This document shows positions 13,508-26,647 of a stretch of DNA of 64,000 nt, piece by piece. The notes beneath the pieces were generated by a model that searched no databases, was not told the DNA's origin, and saw only the letters and a program-made list of their open reading frames with translations. Numbering within the stretch: position 1 is the stretch's first letter; each line of letters opens with the position of its first letter. Where the stretch lies: contig CM119267.1 in the NCBI GenBank assembly GCA_051294375.1, positions 2,660,887 through 2,724,886 on the forward strand, given 5' to 3'. Origin of the DNA: Paraspadella gotoi (lineage: Eukaryota > Animalia > Chaetognatha). Position numbers and translations under genes: made by a program.

Positions 13508-13538
<31 letters not shown>

Positions 13539-14277
13539 TTCGTCGTCCTCGGGGGTTTTAACGGACGGATGGAGTCGATAAATAAAGAAAGAAAACTAAA
13601 TCGGGATCGAAACTGTAAAGGGATCGAGAGATCTTGGATCGACGCGGCGCCGCTCGATCCCCAAAAACAAAAGTCCATCGCCGATTTTTATCGGAAAAAT
13701 CGGGAGAAATTTACGACGATGACAACGACGACGATGAGAGCGACGACGACGATCTATCAAGATGATTACAGACTTGGAGAACAATTTTCGAAGTGGGCCC
13801 AGTTCAAGAGACATTCGGGTTTTTATTCTAAGGTCTCGTGGAACGGTTCCAACGTGGAATCAGCGGAGAGACAAATATCCACGTTCACCAAATGAAGAGA
13901 ATAACAGAACGAGAATAAACTGTTTAACAAAGTCACGCAGGAGGAGAGAAAGGATAGAAATAAGGAAAGAAATGGGATAGAAAGTCCTAATTGGAGTTGA
14001 GGCAGTCAGGGCGACGAAATTAGGTCGTCGGTGTCAAACTTGATTCACGATTTCAAATTCAAAGATCGAAGCTTTAATTCTTTTGGCTTGGTCTTTATCT
14101 TTATCTAGATATATTTATCTTTATCAAGACTAATTTCTCAGTTATTTACTTAAATTTTATTCAATTTATTTCCGAGTGCTATCTGTGTGTCTCGGTCTTT
14201 TTCTTAGGGTGACTAAGGAGGAGCTATTTGAATGTTCTCGTGCCTTTTGATTACTCTCTCGTCTCTCTCTCTCTCGG

Positions 14278-14309
<32 letters not shown>

Positions 14310-15138
14310 TCTCTCTCTCGTCTCTCCCTCTCTCTCTCTCTTTAACTTATTTTATTCACTTTATTTCCGAGTGCTATCTGTGGTCCCGATCTTTTTCTTA
14401 GGTGACTAAGGAGGAGCTATTTGAATGTTTTCTCGTGCCTTGATACTCTCCTCTCTTCTCTCTCTCTCTCTCTCTCTCTCTCCTCCTCTCTCTCTCTCGT
14501 CTCTCCTCTCTCCCTAACCTTTATTCTGGCCAATCTACGGCTTCAACGCATTTGTTTCGGTCCCTTTCTTCATTGATGACTCATGTTTACCAATACCGTA
14601 CTTTGATCGACGACGACGACGACGACGAGACGGACCGAAAACGACGACGACGACGATGCCGGCCGAATTGTCATGTTACTCGTCGGGGCAAATTAATTAC
14701 GGAAGAAAGAGGAATGGAGGGAGGAGGAGGGAGGAGGGGAGAAAGGAGTTGAGGAGTTTTATTAAAAATGCTCGGCGACAAAAAACTCGACTGTTAATTT
14801 GATTTTGAAGGTCGGGTTTCAACAAGATAAGAATAGAATAGGAGATAGGATAAAGTGGAATAAAGAATTTCATAAGATTAGAATTAGATAGAATGTTTTT
14901 GCTGACGGAATATTCTTGCGATGTTCTATGAATGCTGGTCTTCTACGGTGGGCGAGCGTTGTTTTGTTGGCGTCTAGTTATAAGCGAGATGAGTGAGAGA
15001 AGAGAAGAGAAGACAGAGAGACAAGAGACAGAGACAGGAGAGAGCAAAAAGAAGATATAAAAAGATCGAAGTCTCAAAAAAAAAACGCATCCAACTTTTT
15101 TGAGTTCGATAACTTTTGGCTTTTTGTCCCGAGCACGA

Positions 15139-15183
<45 letters not shown>

Positions 15184-15639
15184 TCCCCTTCGAGTGACGC
15201 CTGGGGGATTGGTCTCATCGTCTCAAGACTTTTTCTCCTCAAAGATTAAAAATCCGAAAATCGAACTTAATTCACACGAAAAAATTTTTTTTTCTTTTTT
15301 TCTTTTTCTTTTTTTTCTTTCTTTTATCAGTAGATTATATTTAAGAAATACATTAATATTTATCTCAAATAGTTTATATTTTGATAAATAGAATTATAAG
15401 GTTATGAAAACTTGTTATTCCACCAATAAATGCGTCTCTATAAGATTCTCATTATCGCTGATAGTCTGGTACAACCTGACCACATCCTCGTCGTCCTCGT
15501 CCTCGTCGTCGTCGTCGTCATCGTCGTCGTCGTCGTCGTCGTCGACGCCGTTGTCGCCTCGCCTGTCAAGTCGGGTCACCTTTTCTGATGATCGCATTTT
15601 CATAACATGAGTGTCTTTCAGAATGATAGACGGTAAGTT

Positions 15640-15673
<34 letters not shown>

Positions 15674-16944
15674 NNNNNNNNNNNNNNNNNNNNNNNNNNN
15701 NNNNNNNNNNNNNNNNNNNNNNNNNNNNNNNNNNNNNNNNNNNNNNNNNNNNNNNNNNNNNNNNNNNNNNNNNNNNNNNNNNNNNNNNNNNNNNNNNNNN
15801 NNNNNNNNNNNNNNNNNNNNNNNNNNNNNNNNNNNNNNNNNNNNNNNNNNNNNNNNNNNNNNNNNTCGTCGTCGTCGTCGTCGTCGTCGTCGTCTTTACC
15901 ATTACCGTCGGCGGCGGAGATATCCTTTGACATTGGCGCCTGGAAATCGGCGCCAGNNNNNNNNNNNNNNNNNNNNNNNNNNNNNNNNNNNNNNNNNNNN
16001 NNNNNNNNNNNNNNNNNNNNNNNNNNNNNNNNNNNNNNNNNNNNNNNNNNNNNNNNNNNNNNNNNNNNNNNNNNNNNNNNNNNNNNNNNNNNNNNNNNNN
16101 NNNNNNNNNNNNNNNNNNNNNNNNNNNNNNNNNNNNNNNNNNNNNNNNNNNNNNNNNNNNNNNNNNNNNNNNNNNNNNNNNNNNNNNNNNNNNNNNNNNN
16201 NNNNNNNNNNNNNNNNNNTCCTTCATCCATTTAGTCTTTACAAGTTAAATAACCCAACTCGTCGAGAGGCGGAGGCCGATTAGCAATTATCACCAAAAAA
16301 AACTTTTATAAACACTAAAATTGTTTGGCACTATTTTTGTACTATTATCGTTCGTCGACNNNNNNNNNNNNNNNNNNNNNNNNNGAGAGAGAGAGAGAGA
16401 GAGAGAGAAGAAGGGTGAGATTAAGGAAGCCCTTTTCCTTTTTTAAGTTTTTTTTTTTTTTTTTTTTACGAAATGACAGCGTCGACGAACGATAATAGTA
16501 CAAAATATGTGCGAAACGAATTTTAGTGTTTATAAAAGTTTGTTTTTGCGTGATAATGCTAATCGGCCTCCGCCTCTGCGACGAGTTTGGGTTATGTTAA
16601 CTTGTTAAAGACTAAAATGGACTGACAGGATACAGAAAATTGGTTGAACCTTGTAATCACTGCCTCTCTCTCCTCTCTCTCTCTTCGTCTTTCCTCCTCT
16701 CTCTCTCGTCTCGTCTCTGCTCGCTCTCTTCTCTCTCTCTCTCTTCCCCACATTTTTTTTCTACGAATCTGGCAGCCCGATCCAGGCTTCCAATGTCAAA
16801 GGATATCCTCGCGCCAGCCGACGGTAAACGGTAAAGACGACGACGACGACGGGACGAAAACGACGACGCGACTTGGGAGAGAAGGAGGGCCACACTGGCG
16901 GGCGACGGAGGCGGAGCAATTCTGTCCGCCACTGGAGGATCGAG

Positions 16945-16982
<38 letters not shown>

Positions 16983-17897
16983 ACGAACGACGACGACCAG
17001 ACGACGAACGACGACGAAACGACGATGACGACGACGACTCGTGCTCGGGAAAAAAGCCAAAAAGTTATCGAACTCAAAGAAGTTGGATGCGTTTTTTTTT
17101 TTTTGAGACTTCGTACTCCGTTTTTTTGAGCGTGTCGTTCTTTGTATGCGTTCTGCTCCGCATTGGTGTTCGCCCACTCACCTGTTTTTCTGTCTCCTTT
17201 CCTTCCTGTCTCTCTTTTCTCTCTCTCTCTCGCATCACTCCCTTCTCTCTTCTGTCTTCCCTGCATCCTCTCGTACCTCGTAGCCTCTCTCTCCTCTCTC
17301 TCTCTCTCTCTTCTCTCTCTTCTCGTCTCTCTCACTACACTTTTTCTCGCTTATACAGAAGCCAACAAATACAATCGCTCGCCACCGTAGAAGAAGCCGA
17401 GCATTCATAGAACATAGAAAAAGAAAATATATCCGTCAGCAAAAACACATTCTAATCTAATTCTAATCTTATTGTAAATTCTTATTCCACTTCTTATTCC
17501 TATCTTCTATTCCTAATTTCTTATCTATGTTTGAAACGGGCGCGACGCCTTCCAAAAAAAAAAAACCAAATTAACTACGAGTTTTTGGTCCGAGCCATTT
17601 TTTAAAAACTCTCAAGCTCATCTTTCTCTCCTCCTCCTCTCCTCCTCACCACTTCCTCCTCCCCGTAATTAATTTGCCCCGAAGCGAGTACCGTGACAGA
17701 TTCGGTCCGAGCATGCAGTCGTCGTCGTCGTTTTCCCGTCGTCGGTCGGTCGTCGTCGTCTGTCGAGTCAAAAAGTCGAAAATGAAAACCATGATCGGAA
17801 TGAAGGAAAATACTGAAAGCCTCGGGCCGTCTTGGGGCCGCCCCGAATGAAGAAGAGAGAGAGAGAGAAGAGAAGAGAGAGAGAGAAGAGAGGAAGA

Positions 17898-17932
<35 letters not shown>

Positions 17933-19547
17933 GAGAGAGAAGAGAGAGGAGAGTATCAGAGGCACGAAGAAATCAATAGCTCCTTAGTTCACCTAAGAAA
18001 GGACCGAGACACAACAGATAGCACTCGGAAATAAATTGAAAATAAAATTTAAAGTAAATAACTGAGAAATTAGTCGCTCTGATAAAGATAAATATATTTT
18101 CTAGATAAAGATAAAAGACCAAGCCAAAAGAGTCTACGAATTAAAGCTTCGATCTTTGAATTTGAAAATCCGTGAATCAACGAGTTTGACACCGCGACAC
18201 CTAATTGTCGTCGCCTGACTGCCTCAACTCCAGATTAGGACTTTCTATCCATTTCTTTCCTTATTTCTATCGCTGGTTCTCTCCTCCTGCGTGACTTTGT
18301 TAAAACAGTTTAATTCTCGTTCTGTTATTCTCTTCATTTTGTGAACGTGATATTTGTCTCTCCGTGATTCCACGTTGGACCGTATCCCACGAGACCTTAG
18401 AATAACCAGAGGTCTGTGTGAACTGGCCACTTCGAAATACTTGTTGTTCTCCAGTCTGTTCTCTCTCTCTCGATGACACAAAAATAATATTTTCCTTATG
18501 ACAAATTGAAAAAACAACAAAACAAATTGATAAAATAATAAGTTTTAATTAAAAGTAGAGTCGAGGCGCGAAGTTCGACCGACGACGAAATCATTAAAAC
18601 CCCAGACGAGTCTATTTTTTTTTCTTGGGCTACAATTTCAGTTTTTAAGTTTTATTAATAAAAGAGAAAAAAGGTTTAATACTTTTCATTTGGGGGGGGG
18701 GAAATGTTGGCTCTCTTTTCCGAGATTGCCCCATTTCGGTTCTTGTATCACGAACTTGAATTTTAATTTTAATATCATCGGGCTCGGATGATCTCCGCAG
18801 GGAATGGAATTGCCAAAACCTATTGGTCGAGATGGAACCAGAACCGGCTTGCAGAATCATTGGAATGGTTAAATTGACCCTTACCACCGATCCTCTTCCA
18901 TGACGATATATAGACCTAGTTTGTTGTAGATAAAGTAATATTTATTAAGACTCCTGCCCGTGTCTCGCCGTCACCATTTAATCTAAAAAAAAAAATCTAT
19001 AAGTTTTTTCCTTAAATGTGGTGGCAGTGGTAGAATTAGAGCCCTAACTATAATCCCTAACCTTTAACAATTACCTCGAACCCTAATCCCAAACCTTAAT
19101 TACAAAATTTATCTCTGATTTTAATCACTATCCGATTCCTTAATCCTAACATTTAAACCGAATTTAAAATAAAACGAGGCATTCTGAGAAAATAAGGCCG
19201 AAATGGGGCTGAGGTCGCTCGTGAGAGATAATACGAACTGGAGCCGCCAAAGTTACGTTTCGACGCCAAACGATTTAAATTCAGCCATCGATGAAAACTT
19301 TAAATTTATTAATGGCACTTTTTCTGTTTATCTTCGGCTAAGGTGAGAGACAGGGTGAGAGACAGAGTGAGAGACAGATTGAGAGACAGATTGAGAGCAC
19401 TGAGGAAGAGACACAGAGAGGGAGATAGAATGGATGAGACAGAGAAGATAGAGACAGAGTAGAGCAGACGCGTTCGTATTTCCGATAACTTTTTTTGAAT
19501 TCAAAAATAGTTGCCTTGTTTATGTTGTTGTTGTTGTTTTGTTGTTG

Positions 19548-19584
<37 letters not shown>

Positions 19585-19700
19585 GCTTGTTGTTGTTGTT
19601 GCTTGTTGTTGTGTTGTATGTTGTTGTTGTTTTCTCCCGTTCGTGAATTGAATCTTTATCTCGTTTTTTTGTCTCGAGACAGTTTGAATCCCAGATGAGA
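9650..19700 (+). repeat. Left arm of ~30 kb inverted duplication
   Basis: Block-wise reverse-complement identity: 9650-10290 vs 38930-39548; 10380-12290 vs 36940-38260; 12280-16359 vs 29180-33275; 18465-19700 vs 27830-29050. Confidence 0.92.
16385..18459 (-). repeat. Nested ~2 kb inverted (fold-back) copy of 13768-16359
   Basis: 16481 onward is the reverse complement of 16359 downward. It is also a direct repeat of ~29100-31655, with an internal deletion between GAC tracts. Confidence 0.9.
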
Positions 19701-21359
19701 GAGAGACGAGAGAGAGAGAGGAAGAGAGAGGAGGAGGATGAGAGGAGGAGTAGACGAAGGAAAAGAAAGAAGAAAGGAAAACGAAAGAAAGAAAGAAAGA
19801 CTAAGAAAAGAAAAGAAAGAAAGAGAGAGAAGAGAGAGAGAAGAGTGAAGAGAAAAGCTTGTGAAATTTTACTTTCGATTATCAATTTTGAGTCTTTTTC
19901 TAATAAGTATTTCAATTGTTGTCTTTAAGGGGAGGGAGCACAAGTTTTTGGCCTATATTCATTAGTTTAGAGCGTAATTTTCTACTTTTTAGAACGTCGA
20001 AAAACCCGCAGCCTCTATCTTTTCTGAAAACCGGAGATATAGAGGTTACCAAATAAAATTTCTTTGAAAATTCCTGGCCGCAAACTGATTGTCGGAGGTC
20101 AATTCATTTTGGTTACAATATCCTCTCCTGAATATCTTGGTCCCCATAGCATCCCTTTTTTTTAAAAATTCCTACATCTTCATAGAAAAAAGTAACAAAA
20201 GAATTGCAGAATGACCAAAATCCTTTCTGTAACGCAAAAAAAAATATAAAAAAAATTATTTTTCGCCAAAAGCGCATGCTAAGGACCTCGGGAAATCGCC
20301 TAAATTATCTACAATGAACAAGTCGCGCTTTTTTATCTTTCTTTGTTCTTTTATCTGAATTTTTTTTCGTTTTCAAAAACTTTTTATTTGATTTTCGAAA
20401 AACTTTTTCACAGTAAGGCATATTTTTTTTTCTTGAATTTCAAGAAGGTTTTTTATTATTTTATTCTTTACTGCAACTAAAACAAGAAAGCATAATGATG
20501 AAAAGGATCGCTTAACGCCATGGTATACTCAGAAACAACAAAGCGAAAAGTTGCCCGTTTAAAAATCAATTGCTACCGTCTTAATCCTACTTATTCGTCA
20601 AGAAAGTTTTTAAATTTTGATAAAAAATAAAATGATTGGCGAAAGCCAAACGTTTTTGGAGAATAATAACAAAACATGCAATTGAGGGAAAGTGAATCAA
20701 CCCACCAGTCAAGGTAAGACTAACAAACGAACAGATAATAGAATAAACCATTGTAAAATCGCCTTTGTAATTGTAATCATCGGAAGCCCCTCTTCGCCGT
20801 ATGACTGATCAGCGAATCAAATATCTCCTCTCTCGCTCTATCTCTCTCTCTCTGAGATCTGGCTCGGATTGACTCAGTATCAGGATCTGGATTGTCAAAA
20901 ACGACGACGATAATTTGAACGATAAATTAATTGTTTTAGGTTTTGGTATAGTTAAAGGTTAGATCTAGAAAAATGAATTAGCCGTGGTTTATTCCCAAAA
21001 GCTATTTTCTGCAATAAAAAAATTCGCTGCTTGGCCTGGGCTGACTCAGCCAACAGAGAAACGAATATTAAGCACTCCGACAGGATCGGGATCGACGGAA
21101 ACGACGACGATAATCTTGACACGATGGCCGGAAGCTAATGCCGACAATGACGAGCGACAAACTGAAGCCAGCAAAGCAGGACGAGTTTTGTGCGTCTGTT
21201 TGAGTCCCTGCTCAGGAGCTGCAGCAAGGGTGGCTTCGATGAAAAAAAAAAATCGCTTTAGCGATTTTACTTTACCCTTGAATTTTGCGTCATTTTTTTC
21301 TGTCGATTTTTCTATCATTTTTCTTCTTCTTACTAGGATCTTTTATCATTTTTTATTAA

Positions 21360-21685
21360 CAGCAAGTGCAAAAAAGTACTGCAAGTTGAAAAAAGTATGC
21401 AAGTTGAAAAAATTATGCACCTGAAAAAATTATGCAAGTTTGAAAAAATTATGCAAGTTTGGAAAAAATCTATGCCAAGTTTGAAAAAAATTACCTGCAA
21501 GTTGAAAAAATTGATGCAAGTTGAAAAAAAATGATGCAAGTTGCAAAAAAATGATGCAAGTTGAACAAAATGATGCAGTTTGATAAATAAAAATATGCAA
21601 GTGAAAAAATGAGCAAAGTTGAAAAAATTTTGATGCAATTTGGAAAAAAATTGATGCAAGTTGAAAAAATAATTGAAGTTAACAA
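21360..21685. repeat. Minisatellite, ~18-20 bp unit TGCAAGTTGAAAAAA(T/A)TGA, ~16 copies
   Basis: Directly visible tandem array with no unique spacers. Confidence 0.92.
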
Positions 21686-22959
21686 CAAAAATACAAATTA
21701 AAAAAAAGATTATAGTAAAAATATTGATACAAATTAAAAAAAATATTATTAGTGCTACAGTAACTATGTTTAATTTTAAGCCCTGAAAGCGATTTACATG
21801 TAGTGGCGCAGCCCCACTGGCTTAATTATTTGATCACATCTTGCATTTTTGGCAACGAACAATGATAATGCATCGGACAGACAATGATAACAACGTTATG
21901 GAATGATTAATTAATTGATTAATTGATTGATTTAGGCCAGATACGGCCTATTAAAAGCATTCCGAGTTTTTCACCTCCATCTCCGCTCTCAAAAAAGGGT
22001 CCGTCAACGAGCGACACCAAACATTCAGATTTCTTTTTAATTGAATGAAATGAAAAGAAATGAAACAGAAGCAAATTCTTTTCTTGTTTTTTTCTCAGAC
22101 AAGCTCCCAAATGTTTAATATCCTCATGAAAATCATGGAAGCACAGTCAAATTAGTCTACTACCATGGACTCTATCAATATTATCGAGGTAAATTTTCAA
22201 TTTGGCAACCGATTGAATATATATATATTGCTCAGCAGTATAGTTATTATTATATACAATTTTATAAATATATAATATATATTCATTTAATCCAAAATTC
22301 TTAGCAGATTGGCTAAGTTTTCTGATTTTTTCAACCTACCAATTTTATGTATGTTCGCGCATGACGGGGCAAAAGCCCGTCTTGGAGAGGAATAAAGTGA
22401 AGCCAGGCTGCTTTATCTGGTGGAAACGTCGTCGTCGTCGTCGTCACGGCCTTTTTTGCAATCGTTAATTAGAATTGAATTAATCATTAATTAATTAATT
22501 AATTAATTGACCGATAATCATATATACATTCTATAGTTTTAATTAATTAATTAGGCAATTAATTAATTAATTTAATCTCAAATGCTTTGTTTTTACGTCT
22601 TTTCATCATCTAACAATGACAAATCAGCAATTGATGACGACTGGAGAAACTAATGCCGGATAACGATTGACCTGATTGATTGACTGATTAATAATTATTA
22701 TTTGAATATTTGAATTAATTACCTGGATTAATTTATTTTATTTATTAATACATCCTGCATTTTACATTTATATAAAAGGAAAAAGAAGCCATAATCCAAT
22801 TAGTGAAACAGGTTTTTGTTTTTTTTTTCCATTTAAACTCATTTCCATTTCTACCGATGCCATCGAAAACTTGATTTTCCTGCTCACATCACACACTCCC
22901 TACCCACACACCAAAACTTTTATCAAATGTTCTTCTGAACATAATATAAGTGTGTGCCC

Positions 22960-23050
22960 GACCAATATTGAGTGGGCAACCCGACGGGACCGACAAAGTG
23001 GAATATAGGCAAGTCGGATCTTGCTGATAAGCAGATCCGACCTTAAAAGT
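22960..23050 (-). mobile_element. HINE-like element 5' end with hairpin GTCGGATCTGCT-loop-AGCAAGATCCGAC
   Basis: Stem-loop at 23013-23041, followed on the minus strand by TCCACTTTGTCGGTC; related copies at 44308-44352 and ~52868-52918. Confidence 0.45.
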
Positions 23051-23394
23051 GAAAAAATAACCTTTACTGACCTGGATATCGTGGCTCCGTTGCTGCGAGC
23101 CCTAGAGAAGCAGCACGAAGAGCACGAACAATTCGTCAAGGGAAAAGGCCCATTAACGCGTTCGATGGCAACGGAAACGTTACGTAATATAAAAAAAATC
23201 AACATGACCCAATTTCACACGGGCGGGGGTGGGGAACAACAACGGTGCTATGTTTATAAAAAAAAATCTACGCTCGACGAGATACACGCCGCCGTTGCGA
23301 AGGGAAACGGATGATAACCCGCAACTCAAAACGAGAGTGACCTAAATACATGTCGTCTCTGTTTGGCGGGAAACTGTCCAGCTTCTTTTTCTTT

Positions 23395-23446
<52 letters not shown>

Positions 23447-23549
23447 CGATTCTCTTGCGTGATCATTCGTTTTTGAACAAATTCTGATTTTTCTTTTATT
23501 CCTTCTCTTCGTCAAGTGGAGATCCTAATCTTTTTAAGATTTTTTTGCA

Positions 23550-23600
23550 CATAATAGGACATGTTTCTGCTTGGATACAAGCCTTCATCAGCGTTTTGTA
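23550..23600 (-). ncRNA. Degenerate minimal type I hammerhead ribozyme (Penelope-type)
   Basis: Minus strand reads CTGATGA-AG-GCTTG-tatc-CAAGC-A-GAAAC-ATGTC: conserved core, 5-bp stem II and short palindromic stem III. Stem I is poor. Confidence 0.6.
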
Positions 23601-25199
23601 TCAAAGCCAAAAAATTCATGAAAAAAATCAAAAGTTTGCCAATCTCTAAACTTTTACAAAACAACGAAAAAGAAAGATTATATAAAAAAAAATCCAAATC
23701 TAAAAATTTTTGGTGAAATTAAATTAGTTAATCTTTAACAGCGATGAACAATTTATAATTTTTTTATCAGATCATTAATCATCTGAAAAGCAGGAAACTA
23801 AAAATTTCAAGATTTACATTTTGCGCATAAACTTTGAGCTTTCATCTCCTAGCAGACGATTCCTCCTTCTCCCTGATGCTCCTCCAATGAAGCCGGACTT
23901 GCTGTTTTCATGGATTTTTATCCCAAGTATCGTTAATAAGTGCATATTATAGCCATTCATAAAGTAAACGTATAATAAAATAAATAAATAAAAATATGTG
24001 TTAGGCATAAACATTAGGACAAATATTGCCATATGTTATATATCACTTTTGTTATGCACTATTAAATACTATAACGACAGCAACATCACGAACAGCGACA
24101 GCTCACGCGCAATGGTTGATTGCAAAGTGCAAACTTCTATTAAGCATTCTGACCAAATGTAATTGTTTGTTTATTAAATAACATATCAATCTTTATTTAT
24201 TTATTAGTGAGCAGGTTCTGGCGCGGTAAGGTTGAGCCTCTATCTTTGAAGTAATAGGTGGATGATTAAGAAAAAACATTTAATAGTGTCCACTTTTTTT
24301 GGTTCTTTCTTTTGGCTGTTAGGACTTTTTAGGTCAGGATAAATTACAAAAAAAATTTTATACTTGCTATCTGGTTTGTTATATAATGCCCAGTATTATT
24401 TATCAATAGGTTTTTGATTATTTAAATAAAAAATGACTTGAATTGCCTAATGCCTTAGCATTTTAATTTATAAGTGCTGCTCGAAAAGACCTGTAATGAA
24501 GGTAAAAGTGACCAAAATCCATGAAAAAGTTTGCTGGAAAGTAATTGGTTAATATTTATCTTTCTTATTTAGGAATAACAATACTAAAAAATTATCTTTG
24601 GTAAAAGTTTATCAGCTCCCCGCCCATTTTGCTTAAAAATATAACTTCTTGCTCTCCCCCTGCTCCGCTCCGTCCACTCGGTTTTTTTCCTTGTTTTCTT
24701 TAGGGAAAAAACACCGTAAGGTTGATTTTTAAACATTCAAAGATTCGATGATCTTGACGTCATTAACATCTTGCTGTTCACTGTATGGGGGGATAGTGGA
24801 ATCTTTACTGTAAACTAAGGGAAGTGCAGTTGTATTTTTTTCTTTCAAAATTTTTTTTTCGATTTTCTATCCACTGTCACAGTCTCGGTGCTCTAAACTT
24901 CGGATAATTGACATGTTGAAGGGGACAAGGTTTTCCATTGCAAACTATCACCGAAATCTAAACAGACTTGTCTCTCCCCTTAAAGGCAACATAAAATTTC
25001 ATATTGTTCGAAGCACATTTACTAATTACAAATTTCACAATTCACAACTTCTCTTGCCAGCCTCCCCCCTTACAATAACAATCTCTTTCAGACCAAGCGC
25101 TCCAGAAAAAAAAAAAGCCCTCCGAGACATTTGTTTCTCTTTGATGTGGATCAGTTCTGACCTTCTTCTCTTTTCCTTTCTTCTTTTCTTTTCTCTTTT

Positions 25200-25460
25200 C
25201 TTTTTTTTTAGTAGCGTCGCGAGACACATGAGGGTCGGTCTGTCTGTCTGTCTGTCGGTCCGTCGGTCCCACTTATATTAAAAATGCAAATATCTCGGTT
25301 AATACATTATAAATTGAGTTCATATTTGATATGAAAGTGAGTTACCATAAGAATTTTTATGTACATATGTCTCATACTTGTGTCACGTGATCACGTGAAA
25401 ATACGATCACATGACGCAAAATTCAAATCCGGCTTAAATTCGATTGTTATTTTGTTTATT
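25200..25460 (+). mobile_element. HINE/DINE-like element
   Basis: TTTTTAG start, (GTCY)n tract and CCCACTTA motif shared with the 61968 and ~8320 copies. Confidence 0.45.
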
Positions 25461-26614
25461 TTTCTGAACCTGGAATCTGAATAACTGCTAGCGCTACCTT
25501 GTGTTTTGAAAAAGAACTAAAAAATAAAAGATCGAATTAGGATGCAGTGCCAAGGTTGTCACGTAATTACCCAAAAATACAGATGAAAAACAATCACGAC
25601 GGCGCAACACATTGGATTAACCGTTCTCGTCTTTTCATTTTTCTTTTCTTGTCGCTTTTCTCTTTTTCTCTTTTGTTGTTCTTTTGTCGCGAATTCTTCA
25701 CTTGCTTCGGGACGAATCACGCCATCGCGTGAGGAAAAAGAGAGAGAGNNNNNNNNNNNNNNNNNNNNNNNNNNNNNNCTCACTTACCCACCACTACCCA
25801 GAATCGCGACACGACATGTCCGACGCTCTTTTTCTCTCGATCCAATCGTCGGTCAAGTTAGCCGTCTCTCTCTCCTCTTCTCTCTCTCTCTCTCTTCTCT
25901 CTCTCTCCTCTCTCTCTTCTCTCTCTCTCTCGTCTCTCTCTCTCTGGGTAAGTTAGTGGGTGATGAGTTTTTAAGGAAAGGGGGGCGGGGCGAGAATGAG
26001 GATGAAAAATTTAAGAATTCGTTAATTTTTATCACATTTATCTTTTCTGCAATTGTAACAGTTTATAAAAACATTTAATTGATAGGAAAGTCAGGTGGGC
26101 TGGGAGTGAATAAAATCGATTGTCATTATCTTGTGAGAGTGATGGAAACCTTAAAACCACCAAAGCCTGTCCAAAGTCAGAGGCAAGATAGCTTGTTTAT
26201 TAAATGAAGAGATAATTTTTATATGGTTTATACTAATTTCACGAATAATTAATCATTGATATTTTTCATAAGTAATTCTTATTACTCATTCCAAATATTT
26301 TTAAAATCGCGATGATTCCTTTCCCATTTATTTTTCCTTTTTTAATTTTTAATTTATTTTTCCTTTTTTCCTTTTTAATTTTTTTTTTCCTTTTTCCCTT
26401 TCCCATTTATTTTTCCTTTTTTCCCTTTTAATTTATTTTTCCTTTTTCCCTTTTCTATTTATTAATTTTATTTTCCCTTTTTTTCCTTTTTTCTTTTAAG
26501 TGACATTCATTCTAAAGACGTCATCCCTTTCTTCTCATTGTCTTCGGCGTCGGTTCGATTATCAGTCGGTCGGTCGGTCGTCGTCGTCAACAACGACTTA
26601 GATTCTCTTCGCTG

Positions 26615-26647
<33 letters not shown>

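Larger units (their letters stand above)
19929..24979. mobile_element. Kolobok-like non-autonomous DNA transposon (TTAA TSD)
   Basis: TTAA at 19925-19928 and 24980-24983. Imperfect TIRs GGGGAGGGAGCACAAGT / GGGGAGAGACAAGT (reverse complement of the right end) begin with purines. Removing the element restores a near-palindromic site GTTGTCTTTAAAGGCAAC. No transposase ORF seen. Confidence 0.6.

Noticed and set aside
13470-13895. 141-aa ORF with an apparent transmembrane segment
   Set aside because: The poly-Val stretch derives from (GTC)n, there is no recognisable domain, and the frame is not preserved in the mirrored arm (although that arm is noisy).
21360-21685. CRISPR-like array
   Set aside because: Units are directly adjacent with no unique spacers, no cas genes are present, and the context is eukaryotic; it is a minisatellite.
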